Assembly: GCA_963731815.1 (NCBI GenBank)
Contig: CAVSWW010000011.1
Coordinates: forward strand, 475,320 to 539,319
Source of the DNA: an uncultured Acidimicrobiia bacterium
Lineage (GTDB): Bacteria > Actinomycetota > Acidimicrobiia > IMCC26256 > PALSA-555
Direction: 5' to 3'
Length of the DNA: 64,000 bases
Each line of letters starts with the position of its first letter. Position 1 is the first letter of the stretch. A program made the position numbers and the translations under genes. Of the stretch, positions 10,232 through 20,204 are shown one piece after another. Under the pieces are notes generated by a model that saw only the letters and a list, made by a program, of their open reading frames with translations, was not told the DNA's origin and made no database searches.

Positions 10232-10635
10232 GCCGAGAGGTCATCGAGCCGCCGGTGGCGCTCCACACATGGAGCGCCGGCGAGGCGGCCCCGGCCGCTG
10301 CGCCGATCGATGCGTACAGTCTCCGGCTCGTGGCGGCCCGCACGCTCTACGGCGATGACCGGATCGTGATGGCCTCGCCGTCGCTGGCGCGCATCACCGA
10401 CGACGTCGCCCGGCTCGTCGTCAACTCGCGCGACCTCGGCACGCTCGGGGTCGAGGAGGGCACGGCGGTGCGTGCCACGTCCTCCCGGGGGACGGTCGAT
10501 CTCCCCGTCGCGGTCGACGAATCCGTGCCGAAGGGCACCGCGTTCATCGCGTCGAACCGCAGCGGTCCTGGTGCCGCGGACCTCATCGACGTGAACGAGG
10601 CCGTCACCGACCTGCGCATCCAGGTGATCCCGTGA
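10228..10635 (+). CDS. nuoG: NuoG C-terminal (molybdopterin-dinucleotide-binding-like barrel) domain as a separate reading frame
   Basis: GTG-10228 overlaps the nuoG TGA (GTGA) and lies in the frame of ORF 9925..10635. The sequence IDAYSLRLVAARTLYGDDRIVMASPSLARI..LVVNSRDLGTLGVEEGTAVRATSSRGTVDLPVAVDESVPKGTAFIASN resembles the last domain of long NuoG proteins. Its stop overlaps the nuoH start. Confidence 0.6.
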   Translation: MSREVIEPPVALHTWSAGEAAPAAAPIDAYSLRLVAARTLYGDDRIVMASPSLARITDDVARLVVNSRDLGTLGVEEGTAVRATSSRGTVDLPVAVDESVPKGTAFIASNRSGPGAADLIDVNEAVTDLRIQVIP

Positions 10636-11858
10636 TCCCGTTCCTCGGCGCCGATCCCTTCCTTGCGGCGGATCCGCTGCTCGAGGGGCCCCTCGACACG
10701 ACGGTCATCCTCATCTTCGTCGTGAAGGCGATCATCGTCTTCGTCCTGCTGCTGCTGTCGGTCCTGTTCTACATCTGGTTCATGCGCAAGGTGATCGCCG
10801 ACATGCAGAACCGCATCGGGCCCAACACCGCGGGTCCGTTCGGCGTCCTCCAGACGCTCGCCGACGGCATCAAGCTGTTCTTCAAGGAGCAGTCGGAGCC
10901 GACGACCGCCGACCGGCCGATCTACCTGCTCGCGCCGTACCTCTCCATCATCCCGGCGTTCCTCGCGTTCGCGATCGTGCCGGTCGGTGGCGTGGTCTCG
11001 ATCGCGGGGCACACGACCGAGCTGCAGCTCGCCGATCCCGACATCGGTGTCCTGTGGCTGCTGATGATGTCGGGCATCGGGCTCTACGGCGTGATGCTCG
11101 CCGGCTGGTCGTCGGGCTCGAAGTACCCGTTGCTCGGCTCGGTGCGCGCGTCGGCGCAGCTGCTCTCGTACGAGGCTGCGATGGGGCTCGCGATCGTCGG
11201 TGTGCTCGTGCACAGCGGCACGCTCTCGACGCGCGGCATCGTCAACGAGCAGAGCTGGGTCGACCTCGGCTCGGTCTTCAGCGACTGGTACTGGCTGCCC
11301 GCGATCGGCGCGTTCGTCATCTTCCTCATCTCCGCGATCGCCGAGACGAACCATCCGCCGTTCGACCTCGTCGAGGCGGAGCAGGAGCTCGTCGGCGGGT
11401 TCCACACCGAGTACACAGGGATCCGCTTCGCACTGTTCTTCCTCGCCGAGTTCATGAACCTCATCACGATGTGCGCGATCGCGGTGACGCTCTTCCTCGG
11501 CGGACCGTCGGGTCCCGGCCTCGAAGGGCTGGGGATCTCGTCCGACAGCTGGGTGAACACCTGGATGATGCCGATCGTCTGGTTCTTCGCCAAGCTGCTC
11601 GTGCTGCTGTACGCGACCGTCTGGGTGCGCGCCTCGTTGCCGCGCCTCCGGTACGACCGCCTCATGGACCTCGGCTGGAAGGTCCTGATCGAGGCCGCGT
11701 TCCTCTGGGCGATGGTCACCGGGCTCATCGTCGTGGCCCGCGACCAGGGCTGGAACCTCTGGATCGTCACCCCCGCCGCCGCAGTCGGCGCTCTGCTCAT
11801 CTACCTCCTCCTCATGGCCTGCGTGCCGAGGAAGGAAGAGGTGGAGGAGTGGAAATGA
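10632..11858 (+). CDS. nuoH: NADH-quinone oxidoreductase subunit H
   Basis: MQNRIGPN, GWSSGSKYPLLGSVRASAQLLSYE and ETNHPPFDLVEAEQELVGGFHTEYTG. Confidence 0.95.
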   Translation: MIPFLGADPFLAADPLLEGPLDTTVILIFVVKAIIVFVLLLLSVLFYIWFMRKVIADMQNRIGPNTAGPFGVLQTLADGIKLFFKEQSEPTTADRPIYLLAPYLSIIPAFLAFAIVPVGGVVSIAGHTTELQLADPDIGVLWLLMMSGIGLYGVMLAGWSSGSKYPLLGSVRASAQLLSYEAAMGLAIVGVLVHSGTLSTRGIVNEQSWVDLGSVFSDWYWLPAIGAFVIFLISAIAETNHPPFDLVEAEQELVGGFHTEYTGIRFALFFLAEFMNLITMCAIAVTLFLGGPSGPGLEGLGISSDSWVNTWMMPIVWFFAKLLVLLYATVWVRASLPRLRYDRLMDLGWKVLIEAAFLWAMVTGLIVVARDQGWNLWIVTPAAAVGALLIYLLLMACVPRKEEVEEWK

Positions 11859-11940
11859 GGCGGGCGCCGAGGCACAGGGCTGCGCACTCCGACGTGCCGA
11901 GCGAAGCTCGGCCAATCCCGAGCGGAGCGGGGAAGTAGCC

Positions 11941-12588
11941 GTGGGCAAGTTCTCCGGGTTCAAGGTGACGATCGCGCAGGTCTTCAAGCCGAAGCTGACC
12001 GGCGCCTATCCCAAGGACAAGCGCCCCAAGCCCGAGCGCTTCCACGGCCGGCACGTCCTCAATCGCTACGAGGACGGGATGGAGAAGTGCATCGGCTGCG
12101 AGCTGTGCGCGGGCGTCTGTCCGGCGAGGTGCATCTACGTGCGCGGCGCCGACAACCCGCCCGACGTGCCGGTGTCACCGGGCGAGCGCTACGGCTTCGT
12201 CTACGAGATCAACTACCTGCGGTGCATCCACTGCGACCTGTGCGTCGAGGCGTGCCCGACCGAGGCGATCACCGAGACGAAGCTGTTCGAGTTCTCGTTC
12301 ACCAACCGCGACGACGCGATCTACACGAAGCGCGAGCTGCTCGTCGACGACGATGGCCGCGCCCGTCGCCAGCCGTGGGAGCTGTGGCTCGGCGGCGAGG
12401 ACGACGACACGAGCGCGTGGATGCGCGCCACCGCATCGTCGGGTCTCGCGGCGTACGAGGGTCGTGTCGCGTGGTCGGGTGAGCTCGGCTTCGGTGTCCG
12501 CGAACCCGAGCAGGGCCAGTCGGCGCCCCCCGCACTCGATGCCGCCGTTCCGGATGGGGACGAGGAAGGATCGGACGCGCACTCGTGA
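11941..12588 (+). CDS. nuoI: NADH-quinone oxidoreductase subunit I (with long acidic C-terminal tail)
   Basis: Two 4Fe-4S motifs: [12 protein letters not shown] and [12 protein letters not shown]. Confidence 0.95.
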   Translation: MGKFSGFKVTIAQVFKPKLTGAYPKDKRPKPERFHGRHVLNRYEDGMEKCIGCELCAGVCPARCIYVRGADNPPDVPVSPGERYGFVYEINYLRCIHCDLCVEACPTEAITETKLFEFSFTNRDDAIYTKRELLVDDDGRARRQPWELWLGGEDDDTSAWMRATASSGLAAYEGRVAWSGELGFGVREPEQGQSAPPALDAAVPDGDEEGSDAHS

Positions 12589-13187
12589 TCGCGGTCCTCT
12601 TCTTCCTCTTCGGCGCGCTGGCGCTCGTCGGCGCGCTCGGCGTCGTCCTGTCGCGCAACCCGGTGCACTCGGCGCTGTGGCTGGTCTCGACGCTCGTGAG
12701 CGTGGCGGTCCTCTTCCTGATCCAGGACGCCGAGCTGCTCGCGGCCGTGCAGGTGATCGTCTACGCCGGGGCGATCGTCGTGCTCTTCCTGTTCGTGATC
12801 ATGCTGCTCGGTGTCGACCGCCGCGAGTCGCTGGCCGAGACGCTCCCGTTCCAGCGACCGATCGCGATCGCGCTCGGTCTCATGGTCCTGGCGGAGATCC
12901 TCCTGCTCGCCGGCCACACGTGGGCGACCGGCGCGAAGACCGCCAGCGGTGTACCGATCGAAGGTGGGGCAGGAGCTGGTGGCGGCGACCTCGGCAACAA
13001 CATCAACCGCGTCGCGCGCGTCCTCTTCACCGACTTCCTCTGGCCGTTCCAGCTGACCGCGATCCTGCTGGTGATCGCGGTCGTCGGAAGCGTCGCGCTC
13101 GCCAAGCGCAGTGGGCAGCCGACCGGCGAGGTCACGGGCTCCGAGGGATCGGGCACCGACTCCGAGACGTCGGGGCGAACGACGTGA
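12585..13187 (+). CDS. nuoJ: NADH-quinone oxidoreductase subunit J
   Basis: The start overlaps the nuoI stop. [10 protein letters not shown] and [22 protein letters not shown]. Confidence 0.9.
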   Translation: MIAVLFFLFGALALVGALGVVLSRNPVHSALWLVSTLVSVAVLFLIQDAELLAAVQVIVYAGAIVVLFLFVIMLLGVDRRESLAETLPFQRPIAIALGLMVLAEILLLAGHTWATGAKTASGVPIEGGAGAGGGDLGNNINRVARVLFTDFLWPFQLTAILLVIAVVGSVALAKRSGQPTGEVTGSEGSGTDSETSGRTT

Positions 13188-13510
13188 GCACGTCCGCGCT
13201 CGCGCTCACCATCACGCCGACGTACTACCTGGTGCTCGCGGCCGGCCTCTTCACGATCGGGTCGGTCGGCGTGCTCGTCCGGCGCAACGTCATCGTCATG
13301 TTCATGAGCGTCGAGCTGATGCTCAACGCGGTGAACCTCACGTTCGTGTCGTTCGCGGAGGCGCTCAACGACACGGCCGGGCAGGTGCTCGTGTTCTTCA
13401 CGCTCACGGTCGCGGCCGCCGAGGTGGCGGTCGGCCTGGCGATCATCGTGGCGATCTTCCGGCGGCGTCGCGGCACGACCGCCGACGACCTCAAGGTTCT
13501 CGAAGGATGA
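13184..13510 (+). CDS. nuoK: NADH-quinone oxidoreductase subunit K
   Basis: GTG-13184 overlaps the nuoJ TGA and lies in the frame of ORF 12353..13510. [15 protein letters not shown] and [19 protein letters not shown]. Confidence 0.9.
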   Translation: MSTSALALTITPTYYLVLAAGLFTIGSVGVLVRRNVIVMFMSVELMLNAVNLTFVSFAEALNDTAGQVLVFFTLTVAAAEVAVGLAIIVAIFRRRRGTTADDLKVLEG

Positions 13511-13532
13511 GCGGGGCTCGAAGGCTGACCTG

Positions 13533-15641
13533 ATGGCGAACGACCTCCTCTCCTTCGTGGGCATCGTGCCCCTGCTGCCGCTCATCGGCGCGGCGGTGCT
13601 GCTGCTCTTCGGCAAGCGCCTCGGTGAGCCCACGGCGGGCTGGATCGCGACCGGGCTCATGCTCGCCGCGTTCGTGTGGTCGCTCGTGATGTTCGGGGCG
13701 ATGCTGTCGCTGCCGGAGGACGCGCGCTCGCACGTCAGCGTGGCGTTCGAGTGGCTGCAGGTCGATCAGCTCACGGTGCAGTTCGGGTTCCTCGCCGACC
13801 CGCTGTCGATCACCTGGATCCTGCTCGTCACCGGTGTCGGCTCGCTGATCTTCCTGTACTCGATCGGCTACATGCACGGTGACCCGAACTTCGGGCGCTT
13901 CTTCGCGTACCTGAGCCTGTTCGCCGGCTCGATGCTCCTGCTCGTGCTGGGCAGCAGCTTCCTCCTCACCTTCCTCGGGTGGGAGGGCGTCGGCCTCTGC
14001 TCCTACCTGTTGATCGCGTTCTGGTTCGAGCGCAACAGCGCCGCGGTCGCGGGCAAGAAGGCCTTCATCATGAACCGCGTCGGTGACGTCGGGTTCCTGC
14101 TCGCGATGTTCCTGCTCATCGCCGAGTTCGGCAGTCTCGACTACAGCACGATGGCGAACAGCGCGATGCAGGGCTCGCACGGCGTCGTCACCGCGATCGC
14201 ACTGCTGCTGCTCGTCGCCGCGATCGGCAAGAGCGCGCAGATCCCGCTGTTCCCCTGGCTGACCGACGCGATGGAGGGACCGACGCCCGTCTCGGCGCTC
14301 ATCCACGCGGCGACGATGGTGACCGCCGGCGTCTACCTGATCGCGCGCGCCCATCCCTTCTTCGAGGCGAGCGGCGACGCGATGACGGTCGTCGCCTGGG
14401 TCGGTGTGCTCACCGCGCTGCTCGCGGGTGGCGCCGCGATCATGCAGCCCGACATCAAACGGGTGCTCGCGTTCTCGACGATCAGCCAGCTCGGTTACAT
14501 GTTCGTCGCGCTCGGCGTGGGTGCGTACACGGCCGCCGTGTTCATGGTGCTCACGCACGCGTTCTTCAAGGGCTGCCTCTTCCTGGGCGCGGGCTCGGTC
14601 ATCCACGGTGACGAGGAGAACCAGGACATCCGGATCATGGGGCGGCTGCGGAAGTTCCTTCCCTACACCGGGATCGCCATGACGATCGCGTGGCTGTCGA
14701 TCGCGGGCATCCCGCCGCTCGCCGGGTTCTGGTCGAAGGACTCGATCCTCGAGTCGGCGTACCTCAACGGTGACTACGGCGTGTGGATCCTCGGTCTGAT
14801 CGCCGCGGTCTTCACCGCGATCTACATGACTCGGCTGATCCAGCTCGTCTTCTACGGCAACGAGCGCTTCCGTCCCGGCGAGGCCGAGAACCCCGTGCCC
14901 GCGATCTCGGGTGGCTCCGACGACGATCTTCCCGGCTCGACGGCCGTGGTGGACCCCGACGCGCAGGACTTCGAGATCGATCCGGCCGACATGCCCGACG
15001 CGCTCGGCTACGACCCCGCGTTCCTGCCGACCGTCGACTTCACGGAGGCCCCGCGCGAGACGCGCATGGGCGACCACGACCCGCACGAGGCACCGATGAT
15101 CATGGTGTTCCCGGTCATGGTCCTCGCGTTCCTCGCGATCGTCGGTGGCTTCATCAACATCCCGATCGAGGGTCTCGAGTTCCTCGACGAGTGGCTCGAG
15201 CCCGTGTTCGCCGGCGTGCAGCAACCGCACCCCGAGACGTTCGTGCAGGGCCTCTGGCTCGAGGCGCTCTCGGTGGTGTTCGCCTCGGTCGGCATCGCGA
15301 TCGGTCTGTACCTGTACCGCCGCGGCCTGCGGAACGCGCAGAGCGACCCGCTCAAGGAGAAGCTCGGCCCTGCCGGCGAGGTGCTCGGGCACGCGTACTA
15401 CTACGACGAGGGCATCTCGGCGTTCACGGCGGGACCGGGTCGCAAGACCGCCGAGTTCCTCGACGAGGTCGTCGACCAGAAGATCATCGACGGCGCTGTC
15501 AACGGGGTCGCGAAGCTCGTCCGCCAGGGCGGGCTGGCGTTGCGCCGCGTGCAGGACGGCTACGTCCGCCGCTACGCGCTGGGCATCCTGCTCGGCACCG
15601 TCGCGGTCCTCCTCTTCCTCCTCGCCTACGCGGCGCGCTGA
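13533..15641 (+). CDS. nuoL: NADH-quinone oxidoreductase subunit L
   Basis: Antiporter-like subunit: GWEGVGLCSYLLIAFW, KSAQIPLFPWLTDAMEGPTPVSALIHAATMVTAGVY. It contains an extra acidic loop of roughly 70 aa (about nt 14866-15080). Confidence 0.95.
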   Translation: MANDLLSFVGIVPLLPLIGAAVLLLFGKRLGEPTAGWIATGLMLAAFVWSLVMFGAMLSLPEDARSHVSVAFEWLQVDQLTVQFGFLADPLSITWILLVTGVGSLIFLYSIGYMHGDPNFGRFFAYLSLFAGSMLLLVLGSSFLLTFLGWEGVGLCSYLLIAFWFERNSAAVAGKKAFIMNRVGDVGFLLAMFLLIAEFGSLDYSTMANSAMQGSHGVVTAIALLLLVAAIGKSAQIPLFPWLTDAMEGPTPVSALIHAATMVTAGVYLIARAHPFFEASGDAMTVVAWVGVLTALLAGGAAIMQPDIKRVLAFSTISQLGYMFVALGVGAYTAAVFMVLTHAFFKGCLFLGAGSVIHGDEENQDIRIMGRLRKFLPYTGIAMTIAWLSIAGIPPLAGFWSKDSILESAYLNGDYGVWILGLIAAVFTAIYMTRLIQLVFYGNERFRPGEAENPVPAISGGSDDDLPGSTAVVDPDAQDFEIDPADMPDALGYDPAFLPTVDFTEAPRETRMGDHDPHEAPMIMVFPVMVLAFLAIVGGFINIPIEGLEFLDEWLEPVFAGVQQPHPETFVQGLWLEALSVVFASVGIAIGLYLYRRGLRNAQSDPLKEKLGPAGEVLGHAYYYDEGISAFTAGPGRKTAEFLDEVVDQKIIDGAVNGVAKLVRQGGLALRRVQDGYVRRYALGILLGTVAVLLFLLAYAAR

Positions 15642-15657
15642 CGACGGGCTGCTGACG

Positions 15658-17250
15658 ATGGACTTCCCGATCCTCCTCGCCCTGATCGCGACGCCCGCGA
15701 TCGGCGCGGTCGTGGTGCTGACGCTGCCCAGCGGGCGGCCGGAGCTGATCCGCGCCGCGGGCTACGTCTTCACGGTCGCGACGCTCGGGCTCGCGCTCTG
15801 GCTGCTCTGGAACTTCCAGGTCGGCAACCCCGACTTCCAGTACGTCGAGAACCGGCCGTGGATCCCCGGGCTGGGCACGCGCTTCACCGTCGGCGTCGAC
15901 GGCATCAGCCTCTTCATGGTCGTGATCACCGCGCTGCTGATGCCCATCGGTCTGCTCGCGTCGGAGAAGTACGTCCTCGTCCGGCCGAAGGCGTTCACCG
16001 CGTGGTTCCTGATCCTCGAGATGGCGATCATGGGGATCTTCCTGAGCATCGACCTCATCGCCTTCTTCGTGTTCTGGGAGTTCATGCTCGTCCCCATGTA
16101 CTTCCTCATCCAGGGATGGGGGAGCGAGAACCGCCAGTACGCGGCGATGAAGTTCTTCCTCTACACAGGCGCGGGCTCCGCCCTGTTGCTCGCGAGCACG
16201 CTCGTGCTCGGGTTCCTGCACCAGAGCGCGACCGGTGAGCTGACGTTCGACTACCGGATCCTCTCCGACTGGGCCTTCCAGGGGCTCGACCCGGCAGTCG
16301 AGGTCGCACTCTTCCTCGGGTTCATGGCCGCGTTCGCGATCAAGGCGCCGCTCTTCCCGTTCCACACGTGGTTGCCCGACGTGCACACCGAAGCGCCCAC
16401 CGCGGGATCCGTCGTGCTGGCCGGCGTGATCATCAAGATGGGCGCGTACGGTCTCGTGCGGTTCTCGTTCGAGCTGTTCCCCGAGGCGACGGTCGACCTC
16501 GCGCCCGTGCTGCTCGTGCTGGCGGTGATCGGCATCCTCTACGGAGCGATCGTCGCAGCGATGCAGAAGGACTTGAAACGCGTGATCGCGTACTCGTCCG
16601 TCGCGCACATGGGCTTCGTGCTGCTCGGACTCGCGTCGTTGACCGTGATCGGCCTCGACGGTGCCGTGTTCACGATGGTGAGCCATCCGCTCACCACCGG
16701 TGCGCTGTTCCTGCTCATCGGGATGCTCTACGAGCGCCGGCACACGCGGCTGATCTCCGACTTCCGGGGGCTGTGGCGCCCCGCGCCGATCCTCAGCGCG
16801 CTCTTCGTCACGGCCATGTTCGCCGGCATCGGTCTGCCCGGCTTCTCCGGCTTCATCGGCGAGTTCCTGTCGCTCGCCGGCACGTTCATCTCCGAAGAGC
16901 CGTTCGCGATCGTCGCGACGCTCGGCGTCATCTTCGCGGCGGTCTACATGCTGTGGGCGTTCCAGCGCGCCTTCATGGGCCGGCCCGATCCGGCGAACGC
17001 CAAGGTCAAGGACGTGAACCTGCGCGAGCTGGTGGTCGTCGTGCCACTGCTCGGGCTCAGCCTGTTCCTCGGCATCTACCCGCAGCCGGTGCTCGACCGC
17101 ATCGAGCCCACCGTCGAGCAGCGCATCAGCTTCCTCGAGCAGAAGACCGACGACTTCAAGGAGACCCGCCCGCGCGGCTTCTCGGAGCGGAAGCAGAACG
17201 GGATGACCTTCCACGAGGTCGCCAAGAACGCGCGTGAGGAAGCCCGGTGA
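15658..17250 (+). CDS. nuoM: NADH-quinone oxidoreductase subunit M
   Basis: ATG-15658 is in the frame of ORF 15145..17250. FFVFWEFMLVPMYFLI and KAPLFPFHTWLPDVHTEAPTAGSVVLAGV. Confidence 0.95.
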   Translation: MDFPILLALIATPAIGAVVVLTLPSGRPELIRAAGYVFTVATLGLALWLLWNFQVGNPDFQYVENRPWIPGLGTRFTVGVDGISLFMVVITALLMPIGLLASEKYVLVRPKAFTAWFLILEMAIMGIFLSIDLIAFFVFWEFMLVPMYFLIQGWGSENRQYAAMKFFLYTGAGSALLLASTLVLGFLHQSATGELTFDYRILSDWAFQGLDPAVEVALFLGFMAAFAIKAPLFPFHTWLPDVHTEAPTAGSVVLAGVIIKMGAYGLVRFSFELFPEATVDLAPVLLVLAVIGILYGAIVAAMQKDLKRVIAYSSVAHMGFVLLGLASLTVIGLDGAVFTMVSHPLTTGALFLLIGMLYERRHTRLISDFRGLWRPAPILSALFVTAMFAGIGLPGFSGFIGEFLSLAGTFISEEPFAIVATLGVIFAAVYMLWAFQRAFMGRPDPANAKVKDVNLRELVVVVPLLGLSLFLGIYPQPVLDRIEPTVEQRISFLEQKTDDFKETRPRGFSERKQNGMTFHEVAKNAREEAR

Positions 17251-18781
17251 TGCACCTGCTCACCCCCATCACCGGAGCCCTGGAGCCGATCCAGACGCCC
17301 GACATCGACTGGCTCGCGATCGCGCCCGAGATCGCGCTCGCCGCCGCCGGGGTCCTCATCGTGCTCGCGCGCGCACTGCTGCGCGGCCGCCCGCAGACGA
17401 TGCCGGTCTGCCTCGCCCTCGCGTTCGGTGGGCTGGCCGCCGCGGCCGCAGTGCAGGTCCGACTGTGGGACGTCGTCCAGGACGACGGTGCGATCGAGAC
17501 CGTCGCGGGCATGGTCCGCGTCGACCCGTTCGCGATCTTCCTCGGCGTGGTGGTGATCATCGCGACCGCGCTCGGCGTGCTCCTGTCGATCGCGTACCTG
17601 CGCCGCGAAGATCTCGAGGCGCCCGAGTACCTGGCGCTCGTCATGTTGTCGGGCACCGGCATGCTGGCCATGACGACGGCCAACAACCTCATCGCGGTGT
17701 TCGTCGCGCTCGAGGTGCTCTCGATCCCGCTCTACGTGCTCTCGGCGTTCGACCGGCGCCGCCTCTCGTCGCAGGAGTCGGGTCTCAAGTACTTCGTGCT
17801 CGGCGCGTTCTCGTCGGCGGTCTTCCTCTACGGCATCGCGCTCGACGTACGGCGCGACGGGCACGACGTCGATCACCGGGATCGGTCAGTTCCTCTCGCA
17901 GAACGTGCTCTTCGAGGAGGGCACGCTCTTCGCCGGCTTCGCGCTCCTGCTCGTCGGGTTGGGCTTCAAGGTCGCCGCGGTGCCGTTCCACATGTGGACG
18001 CCCGACGTGTACCAGGGCGCCCCGACGCCGGTGACCGGTTTCATGGCCGCGGCGGTGAAGGCGGCCGCGTTCGCCGCGCTGCTGCGGATCTTCAACGTCG
18101 CGCTGCCGCTGTACTCCGACGACTGGCGTCCGGCGGTCGCGGTGCTCGCCGCGCTTTCGCTCGTGGTCGGGAGCGTCGCCGCCGTCGTGCAGACCGACGT
18201 GAAACGGATGCTCGCGTACTCGTCGATCGCGCACGCCGGCTACATCCTGATGGGCTTCTACGCCGACACGTCGCGTGGCCGCGAGGCGGCACTCCTGTAC
18301 CTCTTCGTGTACTCGTTCATGGTGATCGGCTCGTTCGCGGTGCTGACGCTCGCGACGCGCCGCGGCGACGACGAGCACTCGCTCGACGACTATCGGGGCC
18401 TCGCCCTGCGCCGGCCGGTGCTCGGCGGGCTGCTCATCTTCTTCCTGCTCGCGCAGGCCGGCATCCCGCTCACCGGTGGGTTCATCGCGAAGCTCGAGAT
18501 CTTCGGCGCGACCGCGCAGGCCGGTGAGTACGGGCTGCTCGTCATCGGGGTGCTCGCGTCCGTGGTTGCCGCGTTCTTCTACCTGCGCATCTCCGTCGCG
18601 GTGCTGACTCCCGCAGATCCCGAGAAGGAAGATGGCGAGGCCTACTCCGAGGGCATCCTGCGCCGGGTCGACGGGTGGAGCGCGGTCGTGCTCCTCGTGA
18701 CGGGCGCCGTCGTGCTCGTCGTCGGTCTCGTGCCGGGCTCGTTCATCCACTGGGCCCGCGACGCCGACGTTCATGCTCTGA
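17247..18781 (+). pseudogene. nuoN: NADH-quinone oxidoreductase subunit N, apparent +1 frameshift near nt 17850 (and probably a second indel near the 3' end)
   Basis: The N-terminus reads in ORF 17247..18527 and is sensible to ..FLYGIAL. It continues as (Y)GATGTTSITGIGQFLSQNVLFEEG..FKVAAVPFHMWTPDVYQGAPTP in the frame of ORF 17905..19266. That frame has no stop until 19266. A frame-2 TGA at 18779-18781 is my guess for the true end. Confidence 0.8.
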
Positions 18782-18815
18782 CACGCTCGATCGGGAAGCC
18801 GGTACCGTTCCGAGC

Positions 18816-20151
18816 GTGCGGATCGAGGATGTCCGGTACGCGACCAGTGGCGACCTTCGGATCGCTTACCAAGAGTTCGGCGACGGTGACTTCGAGCTCG
18901 TCATCGTCCCCGGGTTCATCTCGAACCTCGACATGGTGTGGGAGACGCCGACCTTCGCGCCGATCCTCGAACGGTTCGGGACCATCGCCCGCTGCGTGGT
19001 CTTCGACAAGCGAGGCACCGGCCTTTCCGACCGCGACCTCGGGTTCGGGAGCCTCGCCGACCGGATGGACGACATCCGAGCCGTCGTCGACGACGTGGGC
19101 TTCGAACGGCCGTCGCTGTTCGCGGTGTCCGAGGGCGGGCCGCTGTCGCTGCTCTTCACCGCGACGTACCCCGAACGTGTGCGATCGCTCGTGCTCTACG
19201 GCACGATCGCCAGGATCGTCGAAGCGCCCGACTACCCGCAGGGCGTCCCCCGAGACCTCGCGTTGAAGCTTCTCGATGGCGTCGAGGAGCGGTGGGGCAA
19301 GGGGTCTTCGCTCAGCGCATTCGTCCAGCACATCCCCGACGACCCCGAAGTCCGCGAGCGCATGGCTCGGTACGCGAGAGGTGCGGCGTCACCACGGATG
19401 GCACGACAGATCCTCGAGATCAACACCGAGATCGACGTCCGCGCGGTGCTCCCGACGATCTCGACACCGACCCTTGTGCTCCACAGCGCCCACGACCCGC
19501 TCATCTGGCCGGCGAACGGTCGCTACCTTGCCGAGCACATCCCCGGCGCGAAGTACATCGAACACGACGCCGACTACCACATGACCTACGACGGTCGTAC
19601 GGCGTGGTTCCTCGACGATGCCGAGGAGTTCCTCACCGGGCACCGCCCGGTCGCGCCGCTGTCCGTGGAGCGCTTCTTGGCGACGGTGCTCTTCACCGAC
19701 ATCGTCGGGTCCACCGAGAAGGCCGCCGCGCTCGGCGACCAGGAATGGCGGCGTCTGCTCGACCAACACGACTCGATCGCCTCGACACGCGTCGCGTCGT
19801 ACTCAGGACGGATCGTCAAGACGACCGGCGACGGGGTGCTCGCGACGTTCGACGGCCCGTCGCGTGCCGTGGGCTGCGCCGAGGCGATCCGCGACGGCGT
19901 CGCCCCGCTCGAGCTGCAGATCCGGGCCGGCGTCCACACCGGGGAGCTCGAGCGCCGAGGCGACGACATCGGCGGGATCGGCGTCCACATCGGGTCGCGC
20001 ATCGCAGGGCTCGCCGGCCCGGGTGAGGTGTGGGTGTCGCGCACGGTGAAGGACCTCACCGCGGGTTCGGGTCTGGTGTTCACCGACCGTGGGTCGCCAC
20101 GAGCTGAAAGGCGTCCCCGACCAGTGGGAGCTCTACGCGCTCGGCGTGTGA
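18816..20151 (+). CDS. Alpha/beta-hydrolase fused to a class III adenylate/guanylate cyclase (LipJ/Rv1900c-like); last ~17 codons displaced by a +1 shift near nt 20097
   Basis: GTG-18816 is in the frame of ORF 18675..21836. Hydrolase part: [17 protein letters not shown]. Cyclase part: [30 protein letters not shown]. The expected ending [20 protein letters not shown] sits in the +1 frame and ends at 20151. Confidence 0.8.
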
Positions 20152-20204
20152 CGGCTCTCCGCTGCCGGCGAGACCGACGTGAACGAGGAAGGAAGCCCGA
20201 CGAG

